From positions 60,001 through 92,000 of the forward strand of contig NC_007335.2 of NCBI RefSeq assembly GCF_000012465.1: 32,000 nt of DNA. Reading direction: 5' to 3'. Both the position numbers and the translations under genes were made by a program. Positions 16,617-25,483 of this stretch are shown here, piece after piece. The notes beneath the pieces were generated by a model that worked only from the letters and a program-made list of their open reading frames with translations, was not told where the DNA came from and ran no database searches. How positions within the stretch are numbered: position 1 is the stretch's first letter; each line of letters opens with the position of its first letter. Source of the stretch: Prochlorococcus marinus str. NATL2A (GTDB lineage: Bacteria; Cyanobacteriota; Cyanobacteriia; PCC-6307; Cyanobiaceae).

Positions 16617-16870
16617 TTAGTTAAATACTTGTGGCAGTGATGATAATGATTTGCAAGCAGAGCAGACAGAAAAGGGTAATCATGGAGCCTCAAGCATATG
16701 GTTGGATGAATAGATATTCACATGTCTCTAGAGCTTGTCAATTCCTTTCATGTACTTAATAACAACGCTCACGGAAGTAATAGATGATCCAAAACATGAT
16801 CACTTCTCGCTCTGATTCTTAAGAGTAAATGTAATAGTTGGTTTGAATTTTTTCTTTAAAGCAAACTATA

Positions 16871-17206
16871 TTATGCAACTTTAGAATCTTCTTTTTCATT
16901 TAACTCTCTCTTGATCTTGGAATATTTTCTGCCAATTTTATATTGCCTATGGAATAAATCTAGCTGGTTAGTATCATCATTTGTAGATTTAGTTTCTATC
17001 TCTGCTATTGGTTTAGTCATTTGACTCCATACAAAAAGCATCGCAATTGCAGACACAAGCAATGGAAGATACGCTTTAATCAAACTAACGACTACTAGAG
17101 TAGTTATAAAACAAAGAGAAAAAAGAGTCCATTTATGAATTCTAGTTTTTTCTAGTTTTTTATTTTTTATTTTTGAACTAGGAATAATTGGCAGATCAGG
17201 AGTCAT
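16871..17206 (-). CDS. hypothetical membrane protein (111 aa)
   Basis: Two adjacent hydrophobic helices (WTLFSLCFITTLVVVSLI, LPLLVSAIAMLFVW). Confidence 0.5.
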   Translation of the reverse strand: MTPDLPIIPSSKIKNKKLEKTRIHKWTLFSLCFITTLVVVSLIKAYLPLLVSAIAMLFVWSQMTKPIAEIETKSTNDDTNQLDLFHRQYKIGRKYSKIKRELNEKEDSKVA

Positions 17207-17822
17207 TCGTAATTGAGTTGTAGGTGTATTGGATTAGAGGATGTAGTAATTGTTTTATCTGCTGTAATAATATCTGTTTTGAAATTAGCTTTATCTTATA
17301 AATACTTTTTTGTTCAACTTATATAGCTTAAAATCTTTGTACTGTTGAGATATCGGAGATACGGTTTTGGATAATGACACAGAAATTCTATTTTAACTAG
17401 ATAATTTTTAACAAATTCAATCAAGCTTGTAAATGTTTCTGAATGAATCGCCATAGATTTGAGTCGTTTGCTTGTTTTACTTCACGCTTCATGAACTGCA
17501 CTCTTTGTTTTTATCTATTCGTTGCGGAAAATGCCTTTGCTAGTTTTAATAAGCAATTTCTCATCTAAAGCACTAGATATTCTCATAAGGAAAATATTGT
17601 TTTGCCTAGGGTTAAGTTCGTTAATCAAATAAATTAAATTTTGTGCGTCAAGCTCGCATGATTTAGCAAGATTTTTAATGTCTACATGAAATGTAATCTC
17701 TGTGAAAAGATCTGAGTTAGCGTTATTGTTTATAGGATAATTGTAAAGATCAGACTATGATCTGATTTTTTAATTTTATGGTTGGATTAGGAGCAAGATA
17801 AATGATTAGTATATTCAATTGA

Positions 17823-18368
17823 TTATTTAATTTCACATTTTAGTTCTGCTAGGGCTTCATTAGGTAGGCCAAGAAATATATCTAAGATCTTATTACCAGT
17901 TTTAGGGATGATGGAAATACCTACGAGCTTTATTGCTCCATTACCTTGAAGAACATGACCTTCTCCTTCATGAAATTTACCTTTTACTTTTCCTGATGTG
18001 AGCAAGGTCTTAACTATTAATTTAGGAAACATAAGAATAGTTCCAATGCTAAAAAGAAATTTGGATTCAAATTTCAATACCGTTTCTCCAGAATTCTTAT
18101 CAATAGTTCCTTCTAGCTGTTCCATATACATTTCGATCTTGAAACCTGGAGGTAATGGAAGAGATAAAAATTTGGTTGTTTTTGAAGTAAGAGGAGGAAT
18201 TGAAAATGTTTTAGATGAAAAGCTGATATGAAGGAGATTACTTTTTTTATTTGGAAGTAATATCGCTTCGCCTCCGCCCCCATAAGCGTTATAGCGAAAT
18301 GATGGATATTTACCTATTGCTAATCGACATCCATCTAAACTCTTTAGTTGCATAGAGTAATCAAACAC
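17823..18368 (-). CDS. conserved-looking hypothetical protein (181 aa)
   Basis: Long ATG ORF with balanced, globular composition. The antisense ORF 17998-18231 is its shadow. I cannot confidently name a family. Confidence 0.65.
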   Translation of the reverse strand: MFDYSMQLKSLDGCRLAIGKYPSFRYNAYGGGGEAILLPNKKSNLLHISFSSKTFSIPPLTSKTTKFLSLPLPPGFKIEMYMEQLEGTIDKNSGETVLKFESKFLFSIGTILMFPKLIVKTLLTSGKVKGKFHEGEGHVLQGNGAIKLVGISIIPKTGNKILDIFLGLPNEALAELKCEIK

Positions 18369-18617
18369 TCGTTTTTCATATCCTATTAGAAATCAATTAT
18401 TTCAACAAATTTGTCGATAGCTAGTCTTATTTATGTCCTGTATTGCAATAAAAGCGAGATTTATTTGTAATTGATTTTTCTTATTAATATTCACTTTATA
18501 GACGCTGTAAACCTCTGCTTGGACTCATTAAGCTAAAATATTAATTAGATCATTATGTTCATTTGGTCATTCCTCTTATTATTATGCACTTCATAAATTA
18601 CAATAAAGTATTATGAA

Positions 18618-18935
18618 GTGGTATTAGTGACTGACAGCTTAACCCCAGATTGGTCTTCAGAATTTGAACACTACAAGAAACTTTCAAGAGATGTAGTTAC
18701 CAATGAGGATATAATTAATTTTTTTAATAAACATCAGAAAGCTTTTTATCTTGATAACTTCTCTTCAAGTTGGGCTAAAATGATGGAGGCATATGAAGTT
18801 GAAGAGAGTTTAAGTTCAGATCAATTAAATAAACTTGAAGAAATGCAATGGCAGGAAATGCCCGACTCATTGAAACTATTTGCTTATAATTTCTGTATAA
18901 AGAATGGATTTTGTTTTACTGGTACATCTAATTAA
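18618..18935 (+). CDS. hypothetical protein (105 aa, GTG start)
   Basis: ORF with protein-like composition. The upstream ATG is out of frame. Confidence 0.45.
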   Translation: MVLVTDSLTPDWSSEFEHYKKLSRDVVTNEDIINFFNKHQKAFYLDNFSSSWAKMMEAYEVEESLSSDQLNKLEEMQWQEMPDSLKLFAYNFCIKNGFCFTGTSN

Positions 18936-19036
18936 TTTTATTAATTCATAGCTATAAAAATACCATCTATTATAAATACTTTATAAAATACTTATAGCAT
19001 TATTTAGACTTAATTTATATTTAGAATAACTTTAGC

Positions 19037-19249
19037 TTAGTGATCAATATATTCTTTTCTTTTATCTTTTAATCGCTCTCGCTTAGAAAGCCAGGATTTA
19101 AAGTTTTTATCCTCTACTTTTTCTCTCCACTCTTGAGATGATATCGGTAGCTTTGTTTTTTTCTTTTGTCTTTTTTTATTAAACGTTAAATATAAATTCA
19201 GATAAGCAGCTATGACTAAAAGCAAAAGAAAAACTGTATTGATATTCAT
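19037..19249 (-). CDS. hypothetical small membrane-anchored basic protein (70 aa)
   Basis: N-terminal helix VFLLLLVIAAYLNLYL followed by a Lys/Arg-rich tail. Confidence 0.45.
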   Translation of the reverse strand: MNINTVFLLLLVIAAYLNLYLTFNKKRQKKKTKLPISSQEWREKVEDKNFKSWLSKRERLKDKRKEYIDH

Positions 19250-19361
19250 TTGTCTAGAGTTTTTCTTTTATTTTAGTGAAGAATAATCAACTTGATCTAA
19301 TAAGCGTATAAATTAATAAGGTTTGGTGATTTTCATAGAAACAAAAGAGGTGTTCCTTTAT

Positions 19362-19715
19362 TCATACTAAACCATTTATTTTAGAAAAAAGCTCTTTATT
19401 CTAAGATGATTCAGAGAAACCTAAAAGAACTTCATATCGTGTTTCTGATCCAGTGTTGAGTTGACATAGCCAATAGATCAAACTAGGTTCATCAGGGCCT
19501 CTACCTAAAACATTGATATAAAGAGTATTTACATAGCTTTCGTTGGAGACGTCTTCTCCATAACGCTCCTTGAATTCTGCAGAGGCTAAAAATGATGAGG
19601 CCACTGCTCTTTCATCATCTTTGCCAGAACTAAAATTACTGATCCAATATCGTAATCTATCTGGATCAGGTAGACGTTTAAATGATGCGTTGTATATCTT
19701 GGTTAGATAATGCAT
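19362..19715 (-). pseudogene. decayed DUF4214 tail fragment (family member 6): no head or linker, and a premature in-frame TAG
   Basis: It encodes only ...IYNASFKRLPDPDRLRYWISNFSSGKDDERAVASSFLASAEFKERYGEDVSNESYVNTLYINVLGR...GFSESS-TAG-NKELFSKINGLV-TGA. The TAG at 19401-19403 sits where all paralogs have Glu of the ENK tail, and the frame continues to an ancestral-looking stop at 19362-19364. Sequence upstream of 19696 is unrelated to the family linker. Confidence 0.8.
19499..19696. repeat. inverted-repeat arm (pseudogene side), 198 nt with 2 mismatches to 24459-24656
   Basis: The reverse complement was aligned by hand to member 5. The only differences are one A/C and one A/G. Both ends of the tract are abrupt. 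Confidence 0.88.
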
Positions 19716-20029
19716 TATTTCCGTAAAGCTGAAACCAAGAATAGTAGAAGTCTTATGTGAACATGCTGACCCTAAATATCGATCACTATTCCATGTTACT
19801 GCACCATTCGATTCACTAAAATAAGCATTAATTATATTAATAACCTTAAAAGGTGGCGATTTATATGATTACCCCACAAAACGAATAGCTTGTTGATTTA
19901 AATTATTTGCATTCACGTTTTATATATAATATAATTGTAAGAAATCATTATTAATTAGCGATTAATGATTAGTAAATAATTTTTTAATTGCTAATCTTTG
20001 ACTCTATAAAAGTAATTTGTAATTTTTTT

Positions 20030-20425
20030 ATGAAAAAAATTCAAAAAGAACATTTTATAGTAATTATTTTAGGATTCTTAGTAATATTTCTCTTGCAGAC
20101 ACCTATTTTACAAGCATTGGAATTTGATTTAACAGCAGCACAAAATGCAGTTGGAAAGAGATTTGCAAGCAAGTTCTGCGAAGCAAAGGAAAAAGGATTT
20201 TCATCAGAATCTTCTAGTGAGTTTGCATTAAATAATACTTATTTAAAATTTGTAGCGTTTCCTGAAGACGAAAGATTTATAGAAGATCTTTGGGAGTTTA
20301 CAAGAGCAATAATCCGAACAGATTGTGGTCAATATGTTAATGAGGAGGAGGAGATTATTTTAAGAGACTTCTTTAAAGAAGAAGGAGAAATAGCAAGTAA
20401 TCGTGATTTATATTTGCCAAATTAA
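20030..20425 (+). CDS. hypothetical protein with N-terminal signal/anchor helix (131 aa from the ATG at 20030)
   Basis: MKKIQKEHFIVIILGFLVIFLLQTPILQALE... The ORF-track TTG start at 19988 is less likely. Its stop overlaps the next start (TAATG). Confidence 0.6.
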   Translation: MKKIQKEHFIVIILGFLVIFLLQTPILQALEFDLTAAQNAVGKRFASKFCEAKEKGFSSESSSEFALNNTYLKFVAFPEDERFIEDLWEFTRAIIRTDCGQYVNEEEEIILRDFFKEEGEIASNRDLYLPN

Positions 20426-21534
20426 TGACTAATATTTATGACTATATAGTCATAGGGGCAGGAATATCTGCTTGTACGTTTGCATCAACTCTAAATAAAA
20501 AATCTTCTGATATTTCTATATTACTAGTTGAACATGGAAGGAGAATTGGTGGGAGAGCTACAACGAGAAAATCAAGAAAAAATAATATTCTTGAATTTGA
20601 TCATGGTTTACCATCTATTAACTTTAGCAAACATATTTCAGAAGACATATTGGAATTAATTTCGCCATTAATAAATTCAAAAAAATTGTTAGATATATCA
20701 AATGATACTTTATTAATTAATGAATTTGGCGTATTAAGTCATGGATTTACTAATGATGTAATTTATAGAAGTACACCTTTTATGGCTAACTTTTGTGAGG
20801 AAATAATTAATCAGTCTATGAACCCTAAAAAAATTAATTTTTTATTTCAAACACTAACTAAATCAATTAAACGTATACAAGATTTATGGGAGATTGAAGT
20901 TAATCATGGAAGATTAATTAAATCTAAGAATCTGATTTTATCGAGTTCTTTAATAGCACATCCAAGATGCTTGAATATTCTGAAGATTAATTCTTTACCA
21001 CTCAGGGATGCTTTTATTCCTGGCAAAGATAAATTGGTCGATGTTTTAATAAGGGAAACAAAAAAATTAACATATATAAATAGAAAAATTTATATCTTTC
21101 ATGTTTCTAATTTGTCTTTATCTCGAAAATTTAATCATCAATATTTACAAATAGTCTTTTCAAATGTAATTAAAGAGTATTCAAATTTTGAAAGAATTAT
21201 TTTTCAAAGACAATCTGATGGATCCATTATTATAGCCTTACACTGCATTTTTATAAATCATCTATACGAGCTTAATAATATCACCAAATCTTTAATATCA
21301 CTTTTTGCAAATTATCAAATCTTCTTGGACTTATTTTGCGAGGCAAGCCTTATTGATAAAATGGATTGGAGAGCTTCTCAACCTCTTAATAACTTATTGT
21401 CCAAAGAATTTCAGTGGTCTGATAGTAGTAAGATTGGTTTTTGTGGAGATTGGTTTGATCTGAATGGTTGTGTAGGTGTTGAGGCGGCAATGAATAGTTC
21501 TTTTAGATTGGTCAAATTATTGAACCGGAATTGA
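20425..21534 (+). CDS. NAD/FAD-dependent oxidoreductase (renalase-like, COG3380-type)
   Basis: N-terminal dinucleotide-binding fold YDYIVIGAGISACTFA, followed by EHGRRIGGRATTRK. C-terminal GFCGDW. 369 aa. Confidence 0.8.
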   Translation: MTNIYDYIVIGAGISACTFASTLNKKSSDISILLVEHGRRIGGRATTRKSRKNNILEFDHGLPSINFSKHISEDILELISPLINSKKLLDISNDTLLINEFGVLSHGFTNDVIYRSTPFMANFCEEIINQSMNPKKINFLFQTLTKSIKRIQDLWEIEVNHGRLIKSKNLILSSSLIAHPRCLNILKINSLPLRDAFIPGKDKLVDVLIRETKKLTYINRKIYIFHVSNLSLSRKFNHQYLQIVFSNVIKEYSNFERIIFQRQSDGSIIIALHCIFINHLYELNNITKSLISLFANYQIFLDLFCEASLIDKMDWRASQPLNNLLSKEFQWSDSSKIGFCGDWFDLNGCVGVEAAMNSSFRLVKLLNRN

Positions 21535-21685
21535 TTTGTAAATAATATTCTTAAATAATTTCATTCTCTAAATATTAGAGAAAACCCAACATTTTTTAGA
21601 TTTATCAAAATTCCAAAGAATATATGTTTTGCGGCTTGCTTTATTTATGTGGAGTAGATATATATGATTTGTATTTCTTATTACT

Positions 21686-21958
21686 ATGATTACGGTTGTT
21701 TTTCTACTTGCTTTAGGCTTGGCTGGTTGGACTGTCTCTACATTAATGAGTAAAGGCAAGCATCAAGATGACATTACTAAAGAGCTAGGAAATATTTTTG
21801 AGAGCTTAAAGTTGCTAACTTCTTCAATTACTGCACTTGTAAAACTCTTGATGAAAGATTCTATTGCGTCTGCAAAAGATGAGGATTTTCAACCAATCAG
21901 TTCGAATGTTATTGATCTATTAAAGGTAGAAAAGAAAGATGATAAGGAAGTAGCTTGA
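21686..21958 (+). CDS. hypothetical small membrane protein (90 aa)
   Basis: N-terminal helix ITVVFLLALGLAGWTVSTLM. ATG start. Confidence 0.45.
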   Translation: MITVVFLLALGLAGWTVSTLMSKGKHQDDITKELGNIFESLKLLTSSITALVKLLMKDSIASAKDEDFQPISSNVIDLLKVEKKDDKEVA

Positions 21959-22020
21959 TTGATCGTCCAAAAAATATTTATATTTTATGGATAATAGCTA
22001 CTTTTTAATATCTTTAAATT

Positions 22021-22323
22021 TTAGCTTCTTCTAATCCATGAAGGTGCTCCAGAAAACCATTCTCCCAGATCATCATGATCGGGATTGTATGTTACGTGGG
22101 GTTCATCTGTACTCAGATCAAGTCCTTCAAGCAATTCATCTATTTGATTTGTAATTTTCGTTTGTCTTTGAATGCGTGAGGCTTTTCTAAGCCAACTAGA
22201 TACATTTTGATTATTCCTTGCATATTTATTGATATAAATTCTTTCCTCAAGGGTTACTTTTTTTCCCATTGACAGTCTCGTTAATATTTCTTGTATTCGA
22301 AGACGAGAGGTTGTAGTTAGCAT
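22021..22323 (-). CDS. hypothetical protein (100 aa)
   Basis: ATG ORF with balanced composition. No motif recognised. Confidence 0.55.
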   Translation of the reverse strand: MLTTTSRLRIQEILTRLSMGKKVTLEERIYINKYARNNQNVSSWLRKASRIQRQTKITNQIDELLEGLDLSTDEPHVTYNPDHDDLGEWFSGAPSWIRRS

Positions 22324-22574
22324 AGTTAATTATCTATTCTGCTCTTTCTAGCTTGAAATACATGAAGTGCAAGTTGTGTTGATTCAACTTGAGAATTAAT
22401 TTTAATTTTTAGAAATATTTTTCCAAAGTTAGTGATTATGCTCTTCAGCTTTAGCTGGCCACTTTCACCTTATTATATGTTATTCATATTACCCTTATGC
22501 AATTAGTGCAATAACTTTTGGTAGATGAATTTGCTGCAATTATTCTTTCGTAAAAGTTACTTCTTATCGATTCT

Positions 22575-22934
22575 TTATCGATTATGTGAAAATTTCTTTA
22601 ATACATCCATATCAATAAGTTTCAAAGTACTCTCATCTGTTGCTTCAAGATCAATTAAAGGAGCCATGCCATCTTCAAATGCTTCTTTCCATCTGGGAGC
22701 ACAGAGACACCAGTGATCGCCTTTTTTTAAGCCAGGAAATCCTATTTGAGGTGTAGATAGATCATTTCCTTGAGCTTTGCTGTAAGAAAGAAATTGTTCA
22801 GTGATAACAGCACAAACAGTATGCATTCCTTGATCTGATATGTCTGTTCTACATGATCCGTCTCTATACCATCCAGTCATTGGACTGCAACTACAAGATT
22901 TAAGTTCAGTACCTAAGACGTTTTTTGGCGACAT
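22575..22934 (-). CDS. DUF2237 family protein
   Basis: CSCSPMTGWYRDGSCRT, GMHTVCAVITEQFL, GNDLSTP and GDHWCLCAPRWKEA match the Cys-rich DUF2237 pattern as I remember it. Confidence 0.8.
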   Translation of the reverse strand: MSPKNVLGTELKSCSCSPMTGWYRDGSCRTDISDQGMHTVCAVITEQFLSYSKAQGNDLSTPQIGFPGLKKGDHWCLCAPRWKEAFEDGMAPLIDLEATDESTLKLIDMDVLKKFSHNR

Positions 22935-23005
22935 GACTTGTTTTCTCCTTATGGCTATAGTATGACTTTATATAATTATTAATCAAATATTAAAGGTTAA
23001 AAAAT

Positions 23006-24793
23006 ATGACCGCTCCATTAATACAAGGTGCCTCTGGTATCGAGGGAGAAAAATTAACCTATGCTTCTACCAATGAAAATAATAAGGAAATTTATACTTT
23101 TACTGCTAACGAGCCCGTTACTTGGTCTATAAGTGGGGGAGAGAAAGGCCTTTTTTCTATTGAGCAAGATACTGGAAAATTAAGTTTTCAAGATGTTCCT
23201 GATTATGAAACAATCAAGAATTTAAATGGAACAACTTTAGAATTTCATACTAACTTTTCAAGTCAAAATGTCGGTGCAAAATTTTTTGTAGAGGTTTACA
23301 ATGATCAAAATCAAACTAATCAGACTACACCTATTACTACTAATAACTTCATTGAATATATAATTGATGGCTCATATAAAAATACTTTAATTCATAGATT
23401 AGTTCCTGATTTTGTTATTCAGGGTGGTGGATATACCTGGCCAACTCTAGCATCTAATGAAAGTGGTGGCTATCCATTAAGAGTCAAATCGAAAGGTGAA
23501 ATAATTAATGAACCTTTCAATTCAAATTTGATGGGTACTATCGCAATGGCAAAAGTTTCTGGGCAGCCAGATAGTGCGACATCTGAGTGGTTTATAAATT
23601 TGTCCGATAATAAAAGTCTTGATTCTCAAAATGAGGGATTTAGTGTATTTGGTCATCTATTAGGAGATAGTATTGAGAATCCTCTTTTATTAAATAGTCA
23701 ATCAAAGTATAATGTAAATTATAATGAGGTTGGTCTAAATATACCTGAGCTGCCTTTAAATAATGTTGAGGGCAATGTGATAAACAATACGAATTATTTT
23801 GCTATTCATTCAATCTCTACGATTAGCCAACGTCCTAGTGAAATTAAGAATGTATTTAATGTAATCGTTACTGCTAATGATACAAATGGAAATCAATCAA
23901 ATCAATATGTAATAGTTAATGTTAAAGATATCCAAGGAGAGGTTCTTAATGGGATAGATGGACAAGATGCTCTCAATGGAGGCTTGGGAAATGATACTTT
24001 TCAAGGGAATGGTGGAAACGATACAATTGATGGAGGCAATGACTTTGATATAGCTATTTATACTGGTAATTTTTCTGATTATACTTTCACGATCGCTAAT
24101 AAAATCTTGACCATTAGCGATAACCGTTCATTGATAAATGATGGGATAGATACATTGACTAACATTGAGAAACTTACTTTTGCTGACAAAAATGCTTTAA
24201 TCACAAGTAAAGAAATTAAACCAATTGATGCCCTAGGATTTCAAGCAGAGAGAGTTTATTCAGGTAAAAGTGATTCTTACAAATTTTATGATTTGGGAAG
24301 TGATAATTATGGTGTTGGGACTTCTACTGGTATTGATGAATTGACTGGTGAATCTATTCTCAAATTTGATGATAAAAAGATGAATCTAAAGAATGATATC
24401 AAAGCAACATTTGATCAAGTGACCGGTTTAGATACAGATTCTGGAAAAATGTTCCGACTATACAACGCCTCATTTAAACGTCTACCTGATCCAGATGGAT
24501 TACGATATTGGATCAGTAATTTTAGTTCTGGCAAAGATGATGAAAGAGCAGTGGCCTCATCATTTTTAGCCTCTGCAGAATTCAAGGAGCGTTATGGAGA
24601 AGACGTCTCCAACGAAAGCTATGTAAATACTCTTTATATCAATGTTTTAGGTAGAGATTATGACCAGAGTGGATATGATTACTGGTTAAGTAATTTGAAT
24701 AATGGTGTTGAAACCAAGTATGAATTGCTATTAGGGTTTTCTGAATCATTGGAAAATAAAGGACTATTTTCTGAAATGACTGGATTCTATTAA
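23006..24793 (+). CDS. multidomain protein: cadherin-like repeat with a nested cyclophilin-type PPIase, RTX Ca-binding repeats, and DUF4214 tail (family member 5)
   Basis: - TFTANEPVTWSISGGEKGLFSIEQDTGKLSFQDVPDYE is a cadherin-like N-half.
- TLIHRLVPDFVIQGGGY, GTIAMAK, SATSEWFINL and FSVFGHLL are cyclophilin motifs alignable to E. coli PpiB.
- NVFNVIVTANDTNGNQSNQYVIVNVKD is a cadherin-like C-half.
- GGLGNDTFQGNGGNDTIDGGNDFD are RTX nonapeptides.
- The C-terminal FRLYNASFKRLPDPDGLRYW ... ENKGLFSEMTGFY is the shared tail. Confidence 0.92.
   Translation: MTAPLIQGASGIEGEKLTYASTNENNKEIYTFTANEPVTWSISGGEKGLFSIEQDTGKLSFQDVPDYETIKNLNGTTLEFHTNFSSQNVGAKFFVEVYNDQNQTNQTTPITTNNFIEYIIDGSYKNTLIHRLVPDFVIQGGGYTWPTLASNESGGYPLRVKSKGEIINEPFNSNLMGTIAMAKVSGQPDSATSEWFINLSDNKSLDSQNEGFSVFGHLLGDSIENPLLLNSQSKYNVNYNEVGLNIPELPLNNVEGNVINNTNYFAIHSISTISQRPSEIKNVFNVIVTANDTNGNQSNQYVIVNVKDIQGEVLNGIDGQDALNGGLGNDTFQGNGGNDTIDGGNDFDIAIYTGNFSDYTFTIANKILTISDNRSLINDGIDTLTNIEKLTFADKNALITSKEIKPIDALGFQAERVYSGKSDSYKFYDLGSDNYGVGTSTGIDELTGESILKFDDKKMNLKNDIKATFDQVTGLDTDSGKMFRLYNASFKRLPDPDGLRYWISNFSSGKDDERAVASSFLASAEFKERYGEDVSNESYVNTLYINVLGRDYDQSGYDYWLSNLNNGVETKYELLLGFSESLENKGLFSEMTGFY
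24459..24656. repeat. inverted-repeat arm (member 5 side)
   Basis: See 19499-19696. Confidence 0.88.
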
Positions 24794-25096
24794 ATCTATG
24801 ATTTATTAAACTTGAAGTTCCATTTGTTGCTTGAATTAAAGATATATCTTCTCATTCTCTGCTCTAGCATCCAAAAGATTGCGAAGAGGTAAAGGTATAG
24901 TACACTAGTATTAGTTTCATTGTTCACATTGGAAATTCTCTCTACTCTTTTTATTTTGCAAAGCATACTAATGATCTCTTCAAGTGTTATGTCCTCGCGG
25001 TTTTCGAATTAATTTCTTGGTAAATCTTTTTAGATTTTAAGGATAGATTCATTCGTTCGGTATTCCGCTCTCGGTAGGCTGATCTTCGTGATTAGT

Positions 25097-25222
25097 ATGT
25101 TTTTATTTATTGTTATGAATTCCGGTGCTGAGCGTTTCAATGGTTTAATGGCCATGTTAGGAGTAGTTGCAGGTATAGGAGCTTATGCTACTACCGGTCA
25201 ATTTATACCTGGCATTTTCTAA
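25097..25222 (+). CDS. hli: high-light-inducible protein (one-helix CAB-like)
   Basis: Hand-translated 41 aa: MFLFIVMNSGAERFNGLMAMLGVVAGIGAYATTGQFIPGIF. It has an E-x-x-N-G-x-x-A-M-x-G chlorophyll-binding-type motif and the GAY.TTGQ.IPG.F tail typical of short picocyanobacterial and cyanophage hli genes. The start could also be the ATG at 25115. Confidence 0.7.
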   Translation: MFLFIVMNSGAERFNGLMAMLGVVAGIGAYATTGQFIPGIF

Positions 25223-25312
25223 ATTTTCATACTCTAAAAAAAATAGTTAATAGACATAAATGGTCCATTAACTATTTAGTATTCAAGTTAAGATCCAGAT
25301 CAAGAATGAGAA

Positions 25313-25483
25313 TCAATTTGGATCTGCTTTCTTTGAATTATCTAAAGCTGGGGCATTCATCCCATCATAGTCAGGTCCAACCATGACTCCTACAATTGCA
25401 AATAAAACAATAAAAGCAATGCCAACAATAGGGGCTGTAGGAGCTGGTGTAGATAATAATCCGCCTAGAATCAAATGACTCAT
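25313..25483 (-). CDS. possible small membrane protein (56 aa)
   Basis: Hand-translated MSHLILGGLLSTPAPTAPIVGIAFIVLFAIVGVMVGPDYDGMNAPALDNSKKADPN, with one clear hydrophobic helix. Confidence 0.4.
   Translation of the reverse strand: MSHLILGGLLSTPAPTAPIVGIAFIVLFAIVGVMVGPDYDGMNAPALDNSKKADPN

Noticed and set aside
17518-17754. A 79-codon open frame on the minus strand with protein-like sequence (...FTEITFHVDIKNLAKSCELDAQNLIYLINELNPRQNNIFLMRISSALDEKLLIKTSKGIFRNE).
   Set aside because: There is no ATG or GTG near its 5' end. The only usable starts (a TTG, and a further-downstream ATG) give under 40 aa. It could be a gene remnant, but I cannot support it as a CDS.
17745-17775. A terminator-like hairpin, ATCAGA-ctatga-TCTGAT, followed by TTTTTAATTTT on the plus strand.
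   Set aside because: The stem is only 6 bp and AT-rich. No plus-strand gene ends upstream of it, and it overlaps the start-less minus-strand frame. The evidence is not sufficient.
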